Shown here: in pieces, positions 15,486 to 28,777 of the stretch | How the letters are laid out: the number at the start of each line of letters is the position of its first letter | Position numbering within the stretch: the stretch's first letter is position 1 | Assembly: GCA_000004695.1 (NCBI GenBank) | Contig: CM000152.2 | Coordinates: 2,560,001-2,624,000 of the forward strand | Direction: 5' to 3' | DNA from: Dictyostelium discoideum | Taxonomy: Eukaryota | DNA: 64,000 nt | Notes under the pieces: generated by a model | What the model saw: only the letters and a program-made list of their open reading frames with translations | Told to the model about the DNA's origin: nothing | The model's database searches: none | Translations under genes and position numbers: made by a program

Positions 15486-15797
15486 TTAATCATATTTTTT
15501 ATATAAATTTTTTCTACTTGTAAAATATTTATGAAATAAATGTTTATTATCTTCATTTATAAATAAATTATGAAAAACAAACTTTCCTTCATTAGAGTTT
15601 GAAACTAAATTATTATATGTATCATTTCTACACGAAGTTGGTAATAATGGTGATAAAGGTGGTGATGAAGTTTCTGATGAAAACGATGGTGATGATGGTG
15701 GTGTATTATTATTTACAAATATAAAATTATTTGGAAATTCAAAATAATTTATATCATTATTATTTTTATTATTATTAATTATATTATTAATATCCAT
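15486..15797 (-). CDS. Small hypothetical P/S/N-rich protein (103 aa)
   Basis: Intact ATG-to-stop ORF in an otherwise ORF-free region. No homology recognised. Confidence 0.25.
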   Translation of the reverse strand: MDINNIINNNKNNNDINYFEFPNNFIFVNNNTPPSSPSFSSETSSPPLSPLLPTSCRNDTYNNLVSNSNEGKFVFHNLFINEDNKHLFHKYFTSRKNLYKKYD

Positions 15798-18700
15798 TTT
15801 TTATTTAATTATTTTTTTTTTTAAAGTGTTAATTTATAAAATTATATTTAAAATAAATGATAAATCTTAATGAGTTTAAATAATTGGTTTTTTTTTATTT
15901 TTTTTATTATAATTTTTTATTTTTTTTTTTATATTTTGAAAATAAAAAAAAAAATGTATATGTATAATTATATTAATATATACTTTTAGTTTTTAAAAAG
16001 GTAAATGGATAAATCATCGCATCAATTGTTGCAACATCATTTTATTAAACTTTGGAGTGAATAAAATAAATGTTAAATTTTTTTACATCAGTTTACAAAT
16101 ACAAAAATGGAAAAAAATACTCACTATTGCACACATTCGTTCACCCCACTAACTAATTCGAGTTTTTTTTTTTTTTTTTTTTATAACACTTTTTTTTTAT
16201 TTTTTTTATTTTTTTCAATATTTATTGATATTAGGGTATACAAATATGTGGGTAAAATTTAAAAAATAACAATAAATTAAGCAGTTTTTTCATTGGTAAA
16301 AATAATAGTAGAGTATCTATACTTATTTCTATTAACTATTAATAACGTTTTTAAATCTTAATACTTTGACTTTAATTAATTCAAATGATATTAATCTAAT
16401 TTTTATAAAAAAGGAATAAAAATAATAAAAAAAATTATTATAATTTTTATTATTGTTAATATTACCATTATCACCCACTTTTATCTTTTTTAGTATTTTT
16501 TTTTTTTTTTTATTTTTTTTTTTATCACCCATTTTTTATCACTGCTAAAAATAAAATCCAATATAGGAAAAAACCAACTTAATGAGAACAATCCTATCAT
16601 CATTAATGATTATTTTTATTTTTAGAAAATAAGAATATACATATTATCATTTCTAATTAGGAATTGCTAATCTATTTTTAAAAAAAAAAATCATCATTAC
16701 ACAGGATTAAAAAAAAAAAAACAAACAATACAAAACTTTAAAAATCACACATGTGCAATTCAAATAAAAGAGACTTTTAATAAATAAAAAATATCATCAT
16801 TACACAGGATTAAAAAAAAAATAAAAAATAAAAATATTAGTTAATATTTTATTTATATATAAATATATACTTTTTTTTAAAAAAAAATAAAATAATGGTT
16901 GTTTTTTATATTTTTATTTTACTGCTATATTAATAAAACTTTTTTTTCCTTTTAGCATTTTTCTAAAATCTTTATAATAAAAATAGATTATTCATCACTT
17001 TTCAAATAAAAAAAAAAATAAAAATAAAAAATAAAAAAAAATAAAAATATTATTATAAATTATATTTTCTATTATTACTATAATTAACACTCCTTTATCT
17101 TTTTGGTGTTTGTCATTTAAATTGTTTTTTTTTTTTCTATTTTAATCTAAAAAACCAAATTTTTTTGTTTTTTATTTGGAAAATAAAAATTGGTTACCAT
17201 TTTGTGTGTTTCTTGTTTTATCTATTTTATAATTTATTAAATAAAAAAAAAAGTCAAATCCTATTAAGTTGAACTAATAATTATAATAATAATAATAATA
17301 ATTTTATAAATGTGTTACATGTTGTCAATGAAATGGTAGTGAATGGGAAAAAGAAAAAAAGTTTAGGGTGGTATGTTTCCTTGGAAAATATTTAAAAAAT
17401 CATTTTATTATTTAATTTTTTTTATTTTATTTTTTATTTTATTTTTAATTTTTCAGACCCACCATCATCAATGATTAATGTTTATTTTTAGGAAAATTGT
17501 CACCCAAACTCATCTTAATAGGAAATGCCGAGCAATCCTCCTTTCATTTTTTATTTTTTTTTTTTATTTTTTTTTATTTTTATTTTTATTTTTTTTTTTT
17601 AACAATTATTCAACAAAATTGTGTAAGGATTTAAAAAATTAAATAAAAATTTGCTCAAGTATTTTTTTTTTTTTTTTAAAATAATTGAAATGAGCCATTG
17701 TTTTATTTTTAAATATCATTCCATTAAATTGATTGAAAAAAAAAAAAAAAAAAAAATTAAAAAAAAAAAAAAAAAAAAAAATTAAAAAAAAAAAAAAAAA
17801 AACCAAAAATAAAAAACTAAAAATATTTTTGTGACCAATAATCAGTTTTGATCAAACACATCTATTATACAATCACCCCTCATTATCACCCATCTTTTTA
17901 GAACATCTCACTTTTTTATTTTTTTTTATTTTTTTTATTTTTTTTTCTTTCATAAAAATTGTTAAAAATATTAGCTTTTTTTCCTTTTGAAAAAAAAAAA
18001 AAAAAAAAGAAACCAAAAAAAAAAAAAAACAAAATTTGTAGTAATATTAAAAAAATAAAAAAATAAAAAAATAAAAAAATAAAAAAATAAAAAAAAAACA
18101 CCCACAAAAATAATATTTGCAAATTATAATTTTAAATAAATAAAAAGTCATTAGACAATACCATAAAAAAAAAAAAAACAAACATCAACAACCAATAAAA
18201 GGAGATATTAGAATTTAAAAAGGCGATTGATTTATATAGGGAATTTTTTTTAACATTAAAAAAATAAATTAATAAATAAAATAATAAAATAAATATACAA
18301 TAGGTAAATATCGGATATTAATTATTAAATATCATCACCATCACCATCAATCATTATCATCACCAATTTAAGAGTTCAAAAAAAACAACTCGTCCATATA
18401 TCTAAATTATAATAATTAATTTTTATTTTTTCCTTTTTTAATAATCCAATTTAATTATTTTTTAAATTTATAATAATAAATAAAAAAAATTAAAAATTCA
18501 AAAAAATAAAAAAAATAAAAAAAAAATTATAAAAAAAAAAAAGCTCATCATTAATTGTTTATTTTTGAATAGTAAGATTATAAATTTATATTAATTCATT
18601 ATATATATATATATTTGATTTTAATACCACCCATTATTTAATTTTATTTTTTTTTTAATTTTATTTTTTAATTTTTTTTTTTTTAAAATTTTTTTTTTTT

Positions 18701-18910
18701 TTAAAAAATAATAAAAAAAAAAAAAAAAAAAAAACCACATAACAATTAAGAAATAATCACACGTTCATACACATAATAACAATAAAAATAACAATATATA
18801 AATTAATATTAATATTTATATACATATATATATATATAGTAAAAAATAAAAATAAAAATAAAAAATAAAAATAAAAATCAAATAAAAATAAAAATAAAAA
18901 AAATCAAATA

Positions 18911-19144
18911 ATGTACAATTCATTTCAAGAAAGGCAACCAAATACTGACAATATAATCAGTGCAAAATTGAAATTGAATGAATTCTTTTTAACTTATTTA
19001 TCCCAGAGTGAAACTACACAATATATTCATGATTTACTCAATGGTATAAGTCAATCATCTGGTCAAAGTTCAAAGTCAACTCCTTCTTCACCTTCAACTT
19101 CACCATATAAACAACCTTATCCTTTCTTAAATAGTAATAATAAC

Positions 19145-19191
<47 letters not shown>

Positions 19192-19345
19192 TAATAATAG
19201 TGCATCAATAACAATACCAATCCAATTTTCATTGGGTGAATCAACCAATGATAATTCAAATGAAAATAATAGCTCATTGAAATCTGATATAAAAATGGAT
19301 GAAGACGAATGTAATAATAATGATAATACTATTAATAATAATGAA

Positions 19346-19421
<76 letters not shown>

Positions 19422-21892
19422 TCTATACAAAAGATGAATCACATGAATCATCATCATCAGAGGTTGTAACTTCACAAATAGCAACCTCAACATCTTCACC
19501 TCAAAAAGAAATAAAAGAACAAAATGATAAAGAGAAAGAAAAAGGCAAAGAGATTGAAAATGAAGATGAAAATGAAAATGAAAATAAAAATGAAAATAAA
19601 AATGAAAATAAAAATGAAAATGAGAAAGAGAAAGAAAAAGAGGAAAAAGAGTTGGGATTAAAAAAAGAAAAAGAGGAAAAAGAAAAACAAGAGAAGGAGG
19701 AGGAAAAACAAGAGACTACTACCACCACCACCACTTCAACCACTATATCATCAGATGATAAAACTGTAAATAACATATCACCAAATAAAAACAACAATAA
19801 TAATAGTAAAAAATTAAAAAGCGAAGATGGATGTGTTATCATTCAGTGTGATGATAACAATAATATTGAAACAACATCATCATCATCATCAACAAACAAT
19901 ATAGAATTACCAAAGATACCACAATTTTATTTCCCAAAAAGTAGAGCAATAAATGATAAATTAGAAACTAGTATATTTACAATTAAAAATAGATTTCAAA
20001 CTTTTAAATCAATTGATATGAATCAACAATCATGTACTAATATCCCCGCAAAATATATCTCCTCATTTGATGAATTTGAAGTTTTAATTAAAGATTTACA
20101 TTCTTTCCCAAGAATTTTAAATAGACTTTTATTCATTTACACTTTAAAACAATTAAAATTAATTGATGCAATTTATATACCTCAAGATGCATTCATAGAG
20201 TAAGTGGTTGTTTAAAAATTCAATTGAAAATATGAGAATAATAAAAAATTGTATCAAAAAAGGTGTTTTGGATTTGTGTGGGAGTGACACTTTTTTTAAT
20301 TTTTTTATTTTTTTTTACTATCCAAAACACCTTTTTTTTTTTTGGGAGTCGCACAAAAATAAAAGTAAAAAAAAAAAAGAAAAGAAGCAACAATACTAGC
20401 GTCGCATAAAAAAAAAGAGGCGACAAATACTAGCGTCGCATAAAATTACTTTTCACCACTTTAATGTTGAAATTATTACACCCGACCACCAAATTTTTTA
20501 TTTTTCACAAATAAAAAATAATTTCTAATACTTTTTTTTTTTTTTTTTTTTTTAATAATTAGGTTTTGGAAAACATATATTTATGGTAAAGATGCAGAAG
20601 ATTTACTATTTAATATTTTAAAGAAATCTGAAGATTCAAACTTTTTATTTTATGAAGATTTTTTCTTATTTTCAAAAAGTAATTATTAAATTTTTTATTA
20701 TTATTATTTTTTATAAACCAATTATTAATACTATTATTATTGTTTTAAAAATTAAAGCATTGATCGATTTTCATCCAGGTTTAGAATTTTTATCAAATAC
20801 ACCAGAGTTTCAAGATAGATATCAAGAAACAATTATTATTAGAATATTTTATGGAACTTGTAGAAATAGAGGTAGAATTACCGCAAAGGATCTAAAAACA
20901 AATAACTTTATTAGATCATTAAGTTTATTAGATGCTGAACCTGATATAAATAAGGTAAATTTTTCTTTTCAAATTTTAATTTAGAAATTAATATCATATT
21001 AATTATATATTTTTTTTTTTTTTTTTTTTTAAAAATTAATTTTAGCATTTAGAATATTTTTCATATGAACATTTTTATGTTATTTATTGTAAATTTTGGG
21101 AATTGGATATGGATCATGATCTCTTCATTGATAGTAATGATTTAGCAAAATATGGAAGTTGTAGTTTAACTCCATTAATCATTGAAAGAATTATTGCAAA
21201 TTCAATATTTACCAAACCTTTATTTGGTATTAGAAATAAAATTTCTTATCAAGATTTTGTTTGTAAGTTATTTATTTAATTATTATTATTATCATTATTA
21301 TTTTAAATTAATTAATTTTATTTTATTTTATTTTTTATTTTTATTTATTTTTTTTTACTATTTAGGGTTTATATTATCAGAAGAAGATAAAACAAGTGAA
21401 ACTAGTATTGAATTTTGGTTTAGTTGTTGTGATTTAGATTGTGATGGATTTTTAAGTTTATATGAAATGGATACATTTTATAAGGAACAAAAGCAGAGAT
21501 TAGATTATTTGAATTTAGATCCCCCAGTATTTAAGGATCTTTTATGTCAAATCTTGGATATGATTAAACCAGAGGCAATTGAAAAGATTACATTGTTGGA
21601 TTTAAAGAGTTCAAAAATGGCTGGTTATTTATTCAATGTATTATTTAATATCAATAAATTCTTACAACAAGAATCAAAAGAATCAATCACTTGTAATCAA
21701 CCAATGAGCGATTGGAATAGATTTGCTTTACAAGAATATGAAAGAGCTTTGGCCGAAGAATCACTCTCTTATCAAGACGATGAAGACGATCAAAATGATG
21801 ACCAAGATGATGACGACCAAGATGATGACGATCAAGATGGTCATCACCATAATCAATATCATCATCAAGATAATAGAATGTTAATAGGTTAA
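18911..21892 (+). CDS. Protein phosphatase 2A regulatory subunit B'' (PR72/PR130-like, EF-hand). Exons 18911-20199, 20563-20678, 20758-20964, 21046-21262, 21366-21892.
   Basis: Exons 3-5 align almost residue-for-residue with PR72: HPGLEFLSNTPEFQDRYQETIIIRIFY; YFSYEHFYVIYCKFWELDMDHDLFID; SYQDFV|WFILSEEDKTSETSIEFWFSCCDLDCDGFLSLYEMDTFYKEQ; ITLLDLK. Splice junctions restore codons exactly (e.g. T|GG=Trp). The N-terminus has long poly-N and ENK/EKE repeats. The acidic tail is DDQDDDDQ. Confidence 0.85.
20258..20345 (-). other. Conserved ~85-nt element, copy 1 (in intron 1 of the PP2A B'' gene): a 12-bp inverted repeat flanking an A-rich loop, with a DUSE-like core CTCCCACACAAATCCAAAACACCTT
   Basis: The minus strand reads AAAAAAGGTGTTTTGG..A-rich ~45 nt..GTGTCACTCCCACACAAATCCAAAACACCTTTTTT. 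Compare copy 2 at 39085-39165. Confidence 0.5.
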
Positions 21893-22185
21893 AAAAAAAA
21901 TAATAAAAAAAAATAATAAAAAAAAAAAAAAATATATAAAGTATATTTATATAAACATATACATTAAATATATACATATAATTATCAACTTTTTTTTTTT
22001 TTAAAAAAAAAAATAAATAAATAAATAACAAAAACTATTTAAAATTTTATTTAATTTAAACTTTAAAAAAAAATAAAAAAAATTAATTATTAAGAAATAA
22101 AAAAAAATAAAAAAATATTTATTTATAAAATTATTTAATTTTACAACATTTTATTTTATTTTATTTTATTTTAGTTTTAATATTT

Positions 22186-22632
22186 TTATATTATTAAAAT
22201 TAAAGTTATTACAAACAATAATAATATTAATGATGATGGTAATAGTTTAAAAGATGAAGAATCAACGAATGATTGATAACACATTGCATTGAATACACCA
22301 TAGTCTGTTATATTGGTATCTATTACATTATTACAATTAAATATTAATTGAGTGAATTGAGTTGAACAATCATTACTGTGGTCATAAAGATTTAAATTAA
22401 ATTGTCCAGTTAAATTTGATCTTTTTTCAATTTTAAAACTTCCAGTTTCACAAATTCCACTTGAGGTTGAACAAGAATCTAATGATACATCATAAACTTT
22501 GGATAAGCATTTCTTAATATTAATATCAAATGTTGTAAATTCTAGTGTTTCAATTGATTGTACAAATTGATTTTCTTGGAATATTATAAAAATAAAAAAT
22601 AATATTATAACTATTAAATTTTTAAAATACAT
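22186..22632 (-). CDS. Small secreted Cys-rich protein with an N-terminal signal peptide and C-terminal hydrophobic GPI-anchor-like segment (ponticulin-like architecture)
   Basis: 148-aa single-exon ORF. The hydrophobic N-terminus is MYFKNLIVIILFFIFIIF and the hydrophobic C-terminus is LLPSSLILLLFVITLILII, with multiple Cys between. Similarity to the ponticulin family is suggested by architecture only. Confidence 0.5.
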   Translation of the reverse strand: MYFKNLIVIILFFIFIIFQENQFVQSIETLEFTTFDINIKKCLSKVYDVSLDSCSTSSGICETGSFKIEKRSNLTGQFNLNLYDHSNDCSTQFTQLIFNCNNVIDTNITDYGVFNAMCYQSFVDSSSFKLLPSSLILLLFVITLILII

Positions 22633-23922
22633 TTTTTTTTTTATTTTTATTTTATTTTTTTATTTATTTATATATTTTTTTATCTATTATTTATCTATAA
22701 AATTAAAAAATTAGTTTTTATTCTCTACTTCAACAACAATAAACTATTATTTAATCTTTGAATTTAAATTTGCAGATTAAATAAAAAAAAAAAAAAAAAA
22801 AAAAAAAATAATAAAAAATAAAATAAAATAAAATAAAATAATGAAATAAAATGGGGAAAAAAAAAAATGATCTATTATTAGCTTAAAACCAACACTCCAT
22901 CAAAAATTTCATCTTGTATTTTATTAAAAAAAAAAAAAAATCATAATTTTTTTTTTAGTTTTCAAATAATGATTTTTAGGAATTAAAAAAAAAAAAAAAA
23001 AAGAGGTACCTACAATATTAACACTTGAATGTGGGTTCTTATTTGTTTATTGTATCTGGGTCGCACAAAATAAAGAAGTGTGTTTTTAGATATTAAGTTT
23101 AGAACAATAGGTGGGTAGTTGAACTCTTTGTCTCTTTACTATTATTATTTTTGAAAAAAAAAAAAAAAACAAAAAAAAAAAAAAAGATAAAAATAAAAAA
23201 TTATTTTTGGTTTTATCAGTTCTGTTTTTGAGTGTTATTAAAAAAAAATAAAAAAAAAATAAAAAAATAAAAAAAATAATTATTAAAAATAATTAAAATT
23301 AATATGTTGTAAAATGTGTGGGTATACCAATATAATTATTTGGCTCACATTGAAAAAATTAACAATCAAATATTTCATTTAAATCTCAAGATTAGATTTT
23401 GTGGGGGTATATTTTTTTAAATTTCGAACAAAAAAAAAAAAAAAAATAAAAAAAAAATAATAAAAAAAACAATAAAAACCTAATCAGATTTTAGTTTGTG
23501 TAAATATACACAAAATAACGATAAATATAACTACCAAACATTTTATTTAAAATAAAATTAATTTTTTTTTTTTTAATAATTATAATTATTATTTTATTAA
23601 AAAAAAATTATTTAAATATTATATTTCTTATTTCACGTTTTTATTAATATTTAATTTTCAACATAATTAAATATTTTACTTCAAATTGATTTTTTTTTTA
23701 TTTTATATTTTTAAAATATTATCAATTTTATATTTTTTAAAATAATTTTTTTTTTTTCAAATTGATTTATACATACTACTATTCAACTAACAAATTCCTA
23801 AAAACAAAATAATAATTTTTTATTACCTCTATTCTAAAAAAATAAAAAAATTAAAATATCTAAAAATTTTAAATATAAATTTTTTTTATTTTTAATTTAT
23901 TTTGGATAATAAAATTTTAATT

Positions 23923-24699
23923 TTAACAATAATTTACTTGATTGTTAGCATTACCAGCTTGATTACAAGATAATGTAACATTTGAAAGTTTACAATTGGT
24001 ACGATTGATACAGTTATCGAGATATGCTGTATTATTATTACAGATATATGAAGTTGAATAATCACCATTTACTACCTTCAAACCATTTGAAATTGTAGTA
24101 GTAAACATAAGATCACTATTATCACAAACGTTAAAATTTGGTTCGGCATATTGTGAGAATAAAAGTGAATTTGGAGGATATACTGGTTCATCAGTGAGAG
24201 AAACTAAAGAATATTGGAAAGTGACACTAACCACTGTACCATTGAATGGTAATGGTAAGAAAGAACTAAAGGTGCATGAGTTATTTAACATCGAATATTG
24301 TTGTAATGCACTTTGACAAGCCATATCAGTGTAGTTGTAAGTCTTTAAATAAAGATATGTTTCATTTACAGAAAATGATTCCCAAGTTGCAGTGTAAGAC
24401 ATTGGTGTAGCAGATGGACCATTTCCTAAATTATATATACATGGTTGAGATGTTGAAATTGAATATCCAATACTAAATTATTAATTAAAATTTTAATAAA
24501 TAAAAATTTTTTTTTTTTGATTTGTTAATATTATAAATAACAATTCGGTGAATGTACGTTTTTTTTTTTAAAAAACTTACCCAAATGAAGGTGTTAAACA
24601 TTCATAGTCTTGGTATGGAATAAAATTAATAAATTTTTGAGATTTGACAAAACAACAAAGTATTGAGAGAATGATTAAAAGCGAAGTAAATATTTTCAT
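23923..24699 (-). CDS. Secreted Cys-rich, heavily N-glycosylatable protein of unknown function. Exons 24581-24699 and 23923-24472.
   Basis: Exon 1 MKIFTSLLIILSILCCFVKSQKFINFIPYQDYECLTPSFG ends at donor GG|GTAAGT. The acceptor is aatttag| at 24473. The frame runs continuously into the 159-aa ORF (..IGYSISTSQPCIYNLGNGPSATPMSYTATW..). Confidence 0.6.
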
Positions 24700-24746
24700 T
24701 TTATTTAAAAATAAATAAAATTCATTCCAATTTTTAATTTAAATAG

Positions 24747-24777
<31 letters not shown>

Positions 24778-25070
24778 AAATAAAAAATAAAAAAGAAAAA
24801 AAGAAATATCCTAAAAAGAAAAATCCTAAAAAGAAATTTAAAAAAAAAAATTCAAAAAAAAAAAAAAAAAAAATATCCTAAAAATCTAAGGCATGATGAC
24901 GTGCTTTGAAATCACCTATTAATTTGGGGTGATAATAAAAGTAATCAAAATAAAATGTGATAAACAATTTTCCAAATTTTCCTCAATGAAATAACTTTAT
25001 TATTAAAAAAAAAAAAAAAAAAAAAAAAAGATTTTATTTTATTTTATTTTTTCCAATCACATAAATTTCT

Positions 25071-26279
<1,209 letters not shown>

Positions 26280-26559
26280 TTTTAATAAATAAAATAAAAA
26301 AAATAAAAAAGATAAAAAAAAAAAAAAAAAAAAAAAAAAATGAAAAAATTAATATAAAATTAGAATTCTAAAAATAAAAAAAAAAAGGATCAAAAAAAAA
26401 AAAAGTTGTGTGTTGATTTTTTTTTTTTATTTTTATTTATTTATTTTTTTTTTTATTTTTATTTATTTATTTATTTTTTTTTTTTTTTTTTTTTTTTAAT
26501 TTTTTTTTTTATACTACTACTACTAGTTAATTAATTTGAAAATATATTTAAATGAATTT

Positions 26560-27032
26560 TTAAAAGATTGAAATTGATTTATTCTTTTTACCAATTCTCT
26601 TACGAGCAACATTTGGATTCTTATTACCATAACCAATTACAATATCATCAGAAGGACCTTTATGACCAAAACCTAAATCGAGATCATTCATATTGATTTC
26701 TTTTGAAACTTTCTTTTTATATAATTGACCAGTTACTCTTAATTTATGTAAATATTGATCTTCAGTAAGAATGATATCGTTACTCTTTTTACCACCTTTT
26801 GGTTTTGGAATTGAATAAATTGTACCTCTCAAATTGAATTGTTTAGCTGAACCAACACTAACTCTTTGATTACCATTTCTATCAACATATGTTGTTGCTT
26901 TATATAATGATTTATTACCACAATGTCCACAAAATATTTTATCCATATCAGTTGTAATACTTTTTTTTTAATTTATAAATAAATAAATAAAATAAAAGTA
27001 ATTAGTATATACATATATTTAAATAATTATTT

Positions 27033-27063
<31 letters not shown>

Positions 27064-28427
27064 CTATGGTATACATACTTTAAACATGCAACACATTTTA
27101 AAACGAATTGTTTAACTTGTTTAATAACGACACCATCAGCACTAATTAAATGAAGACCCATTTGAAGGATAACATTTTGCATAGAGAAATCTCTAGTGAT
27201 ACAACCAACATCATAATGTACTTTCTCTTGAACATAAGTTGAAGATAATTTATTTTTAATATTATCAGGTGTAATCCATTCACCTTCGTCCTCTACTTTA
27301 ATAACTCTATTCTTTTTTCTTTCTTCAGCTTCTTCAGCTTGTTTAATCTTTAATTGACGTAAAACTTCTTTTGGATCAACTAAATTTTCTTTTGAAACTT
27401 CTTCTTCAATCTTTTCTAAATTTACCATTAATTTATTATTTCTTTTCTTTTTACCTGTTATATTATTATTATTATTGTCATTATTATTATTAGTGTTATT
27501 ATTATTATTATTTACAGATTCTTTTTCTTCTTCAACTTTTTCAACTTTTTCAACTTTTTCAACTTGTTCAACTTTTTCAACTTTTTCTTCCTCTTTTTCT
27601 TCATGTTTATGATCACAACAACTATCAGTAGTTGTTGACTCTATATTTTTATTATCAGTTGATATTGGTTTTGATTTTTTATTTTTATTTTTATTTTTCT
27701 TTTTCTTTGGTTTATCTGCAGTTGTTGTTGTTGTTGCTGTAGAAGTAGTAGTTGTAGTAGTTGTAGTTGATTCTGTAGTTGTATTTGATTCTGAGGCCGA
27801 TTCTGATTTATTATCTTTTTTATTATTATTGTTGTTATTGTTATTATTATTATTATTTTTCTTATGAACTGGTTTCTTTGTTACAACTTGAAGTTTTTCA
27901 GGTTCAGTTTTAATATGATCAATACCATTAACTTGAGCTTCAAAAGTATAAGTTAAAGCTATTAATTTCATATCGGTAGCAGATAAAGATGGATAATCAC
28001 CAGTTTTCTTTGAAAATTCAGAGACTGCAACCATTGATTCATGGGTTGGTTGTCTAGTTTTAATTTCAAATGGAAAAGATGTTAAGAAAGTACTTGTTTT
28101 TTTATCTTTAACTTCTTCTAATACTTCTGGAATTGTCCATAATTCTTTACCTAATGTCTCTAATCTTGTACCTGAAATTAATGCATTTGTATCAATAATT
28201 AAATAACTTGCTGTAGTTTTTTCATTTGTCATTGCTAATGTTTCCATTGATTTAACTAATTCATCACTTTCAGCAGTAACGCTTCTTTCGCCAAATGGAT
28301 TATCATTTGAATTTTCATTTAATTCATTTAATTCTTTTAATTGTTCTTCTGTTAATTCTTCATATTCAACCTCTTCTTCCTCTTCTTGTTGTTTATCAAC
28401 AATATTATTTTCAATTGGTTCACTCAT
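26560..28427 (-). CDS. nob1: NOB1 homolog: PIN-domain endonuclease with C-terminal zinc ribbon, for 18S pre-rRNA 3' end maturation. Exons 27079-28427 and 26560-26959.
   Basis: PIN domain LIIDTNALISG. The zinc ribbon is split by an intron: ..LKCVACL|N ITTDMDKIFCGHCGNKSLYK (compare human CHGCFKTTSDMSRVFCSHCGNKTL). YSIPKPKGGKKSNDIILTEDQ matches YSLPTPKGGKYAINPHLTEDQ. Donor AA|GTATGT, acceptor aaaaag|. Confidence 0.85.
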
Positions 28428-28460
28428 ATTGTTTAATTAATCTTTTTTTTGCTGTGATTG

Positions 28461-28500
<40 letters not shown>

Positions 28501-28777
28501 GAATTTTGCCGAACGAAAGAATTGAGAAAAAAAAATAAAAAAAAAAAAAAATAAAATAAAATAAAAATTAAATAAAATTAAAAAAAGAAGAAATATATAA
28601 CTCTAGAGTTTTTAATTAATTTTTTTTTTTTTCAATATAAATATTATTCATATATAATTTTATTTTATTTTATTTTATTTTATATTTTTTAAATTTTATT
28701 TTTTTATTATTTAACAAAAATTGATTTGATTATTATTATTATACTTTTTTATATTTTTTTTTTTTTATTCAATTAAT

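Noticed and set aside
19038-19842. Minus-strand ORFs encoding poly-Y and poly-F/S (19038-19277, 19501-19842). Similar antisense poly-Y/poly-V ORFs at 33870-34202, 34698-34913, 43287-44419 and 44912-45142.
   Set aside because: These are reverse-complement readings of (AAT)n/(GAA)n coding repeats of the sense-strand genes (PP2A B'', ALG3 extension, kinase). They are homopolymeric with no independent signals.
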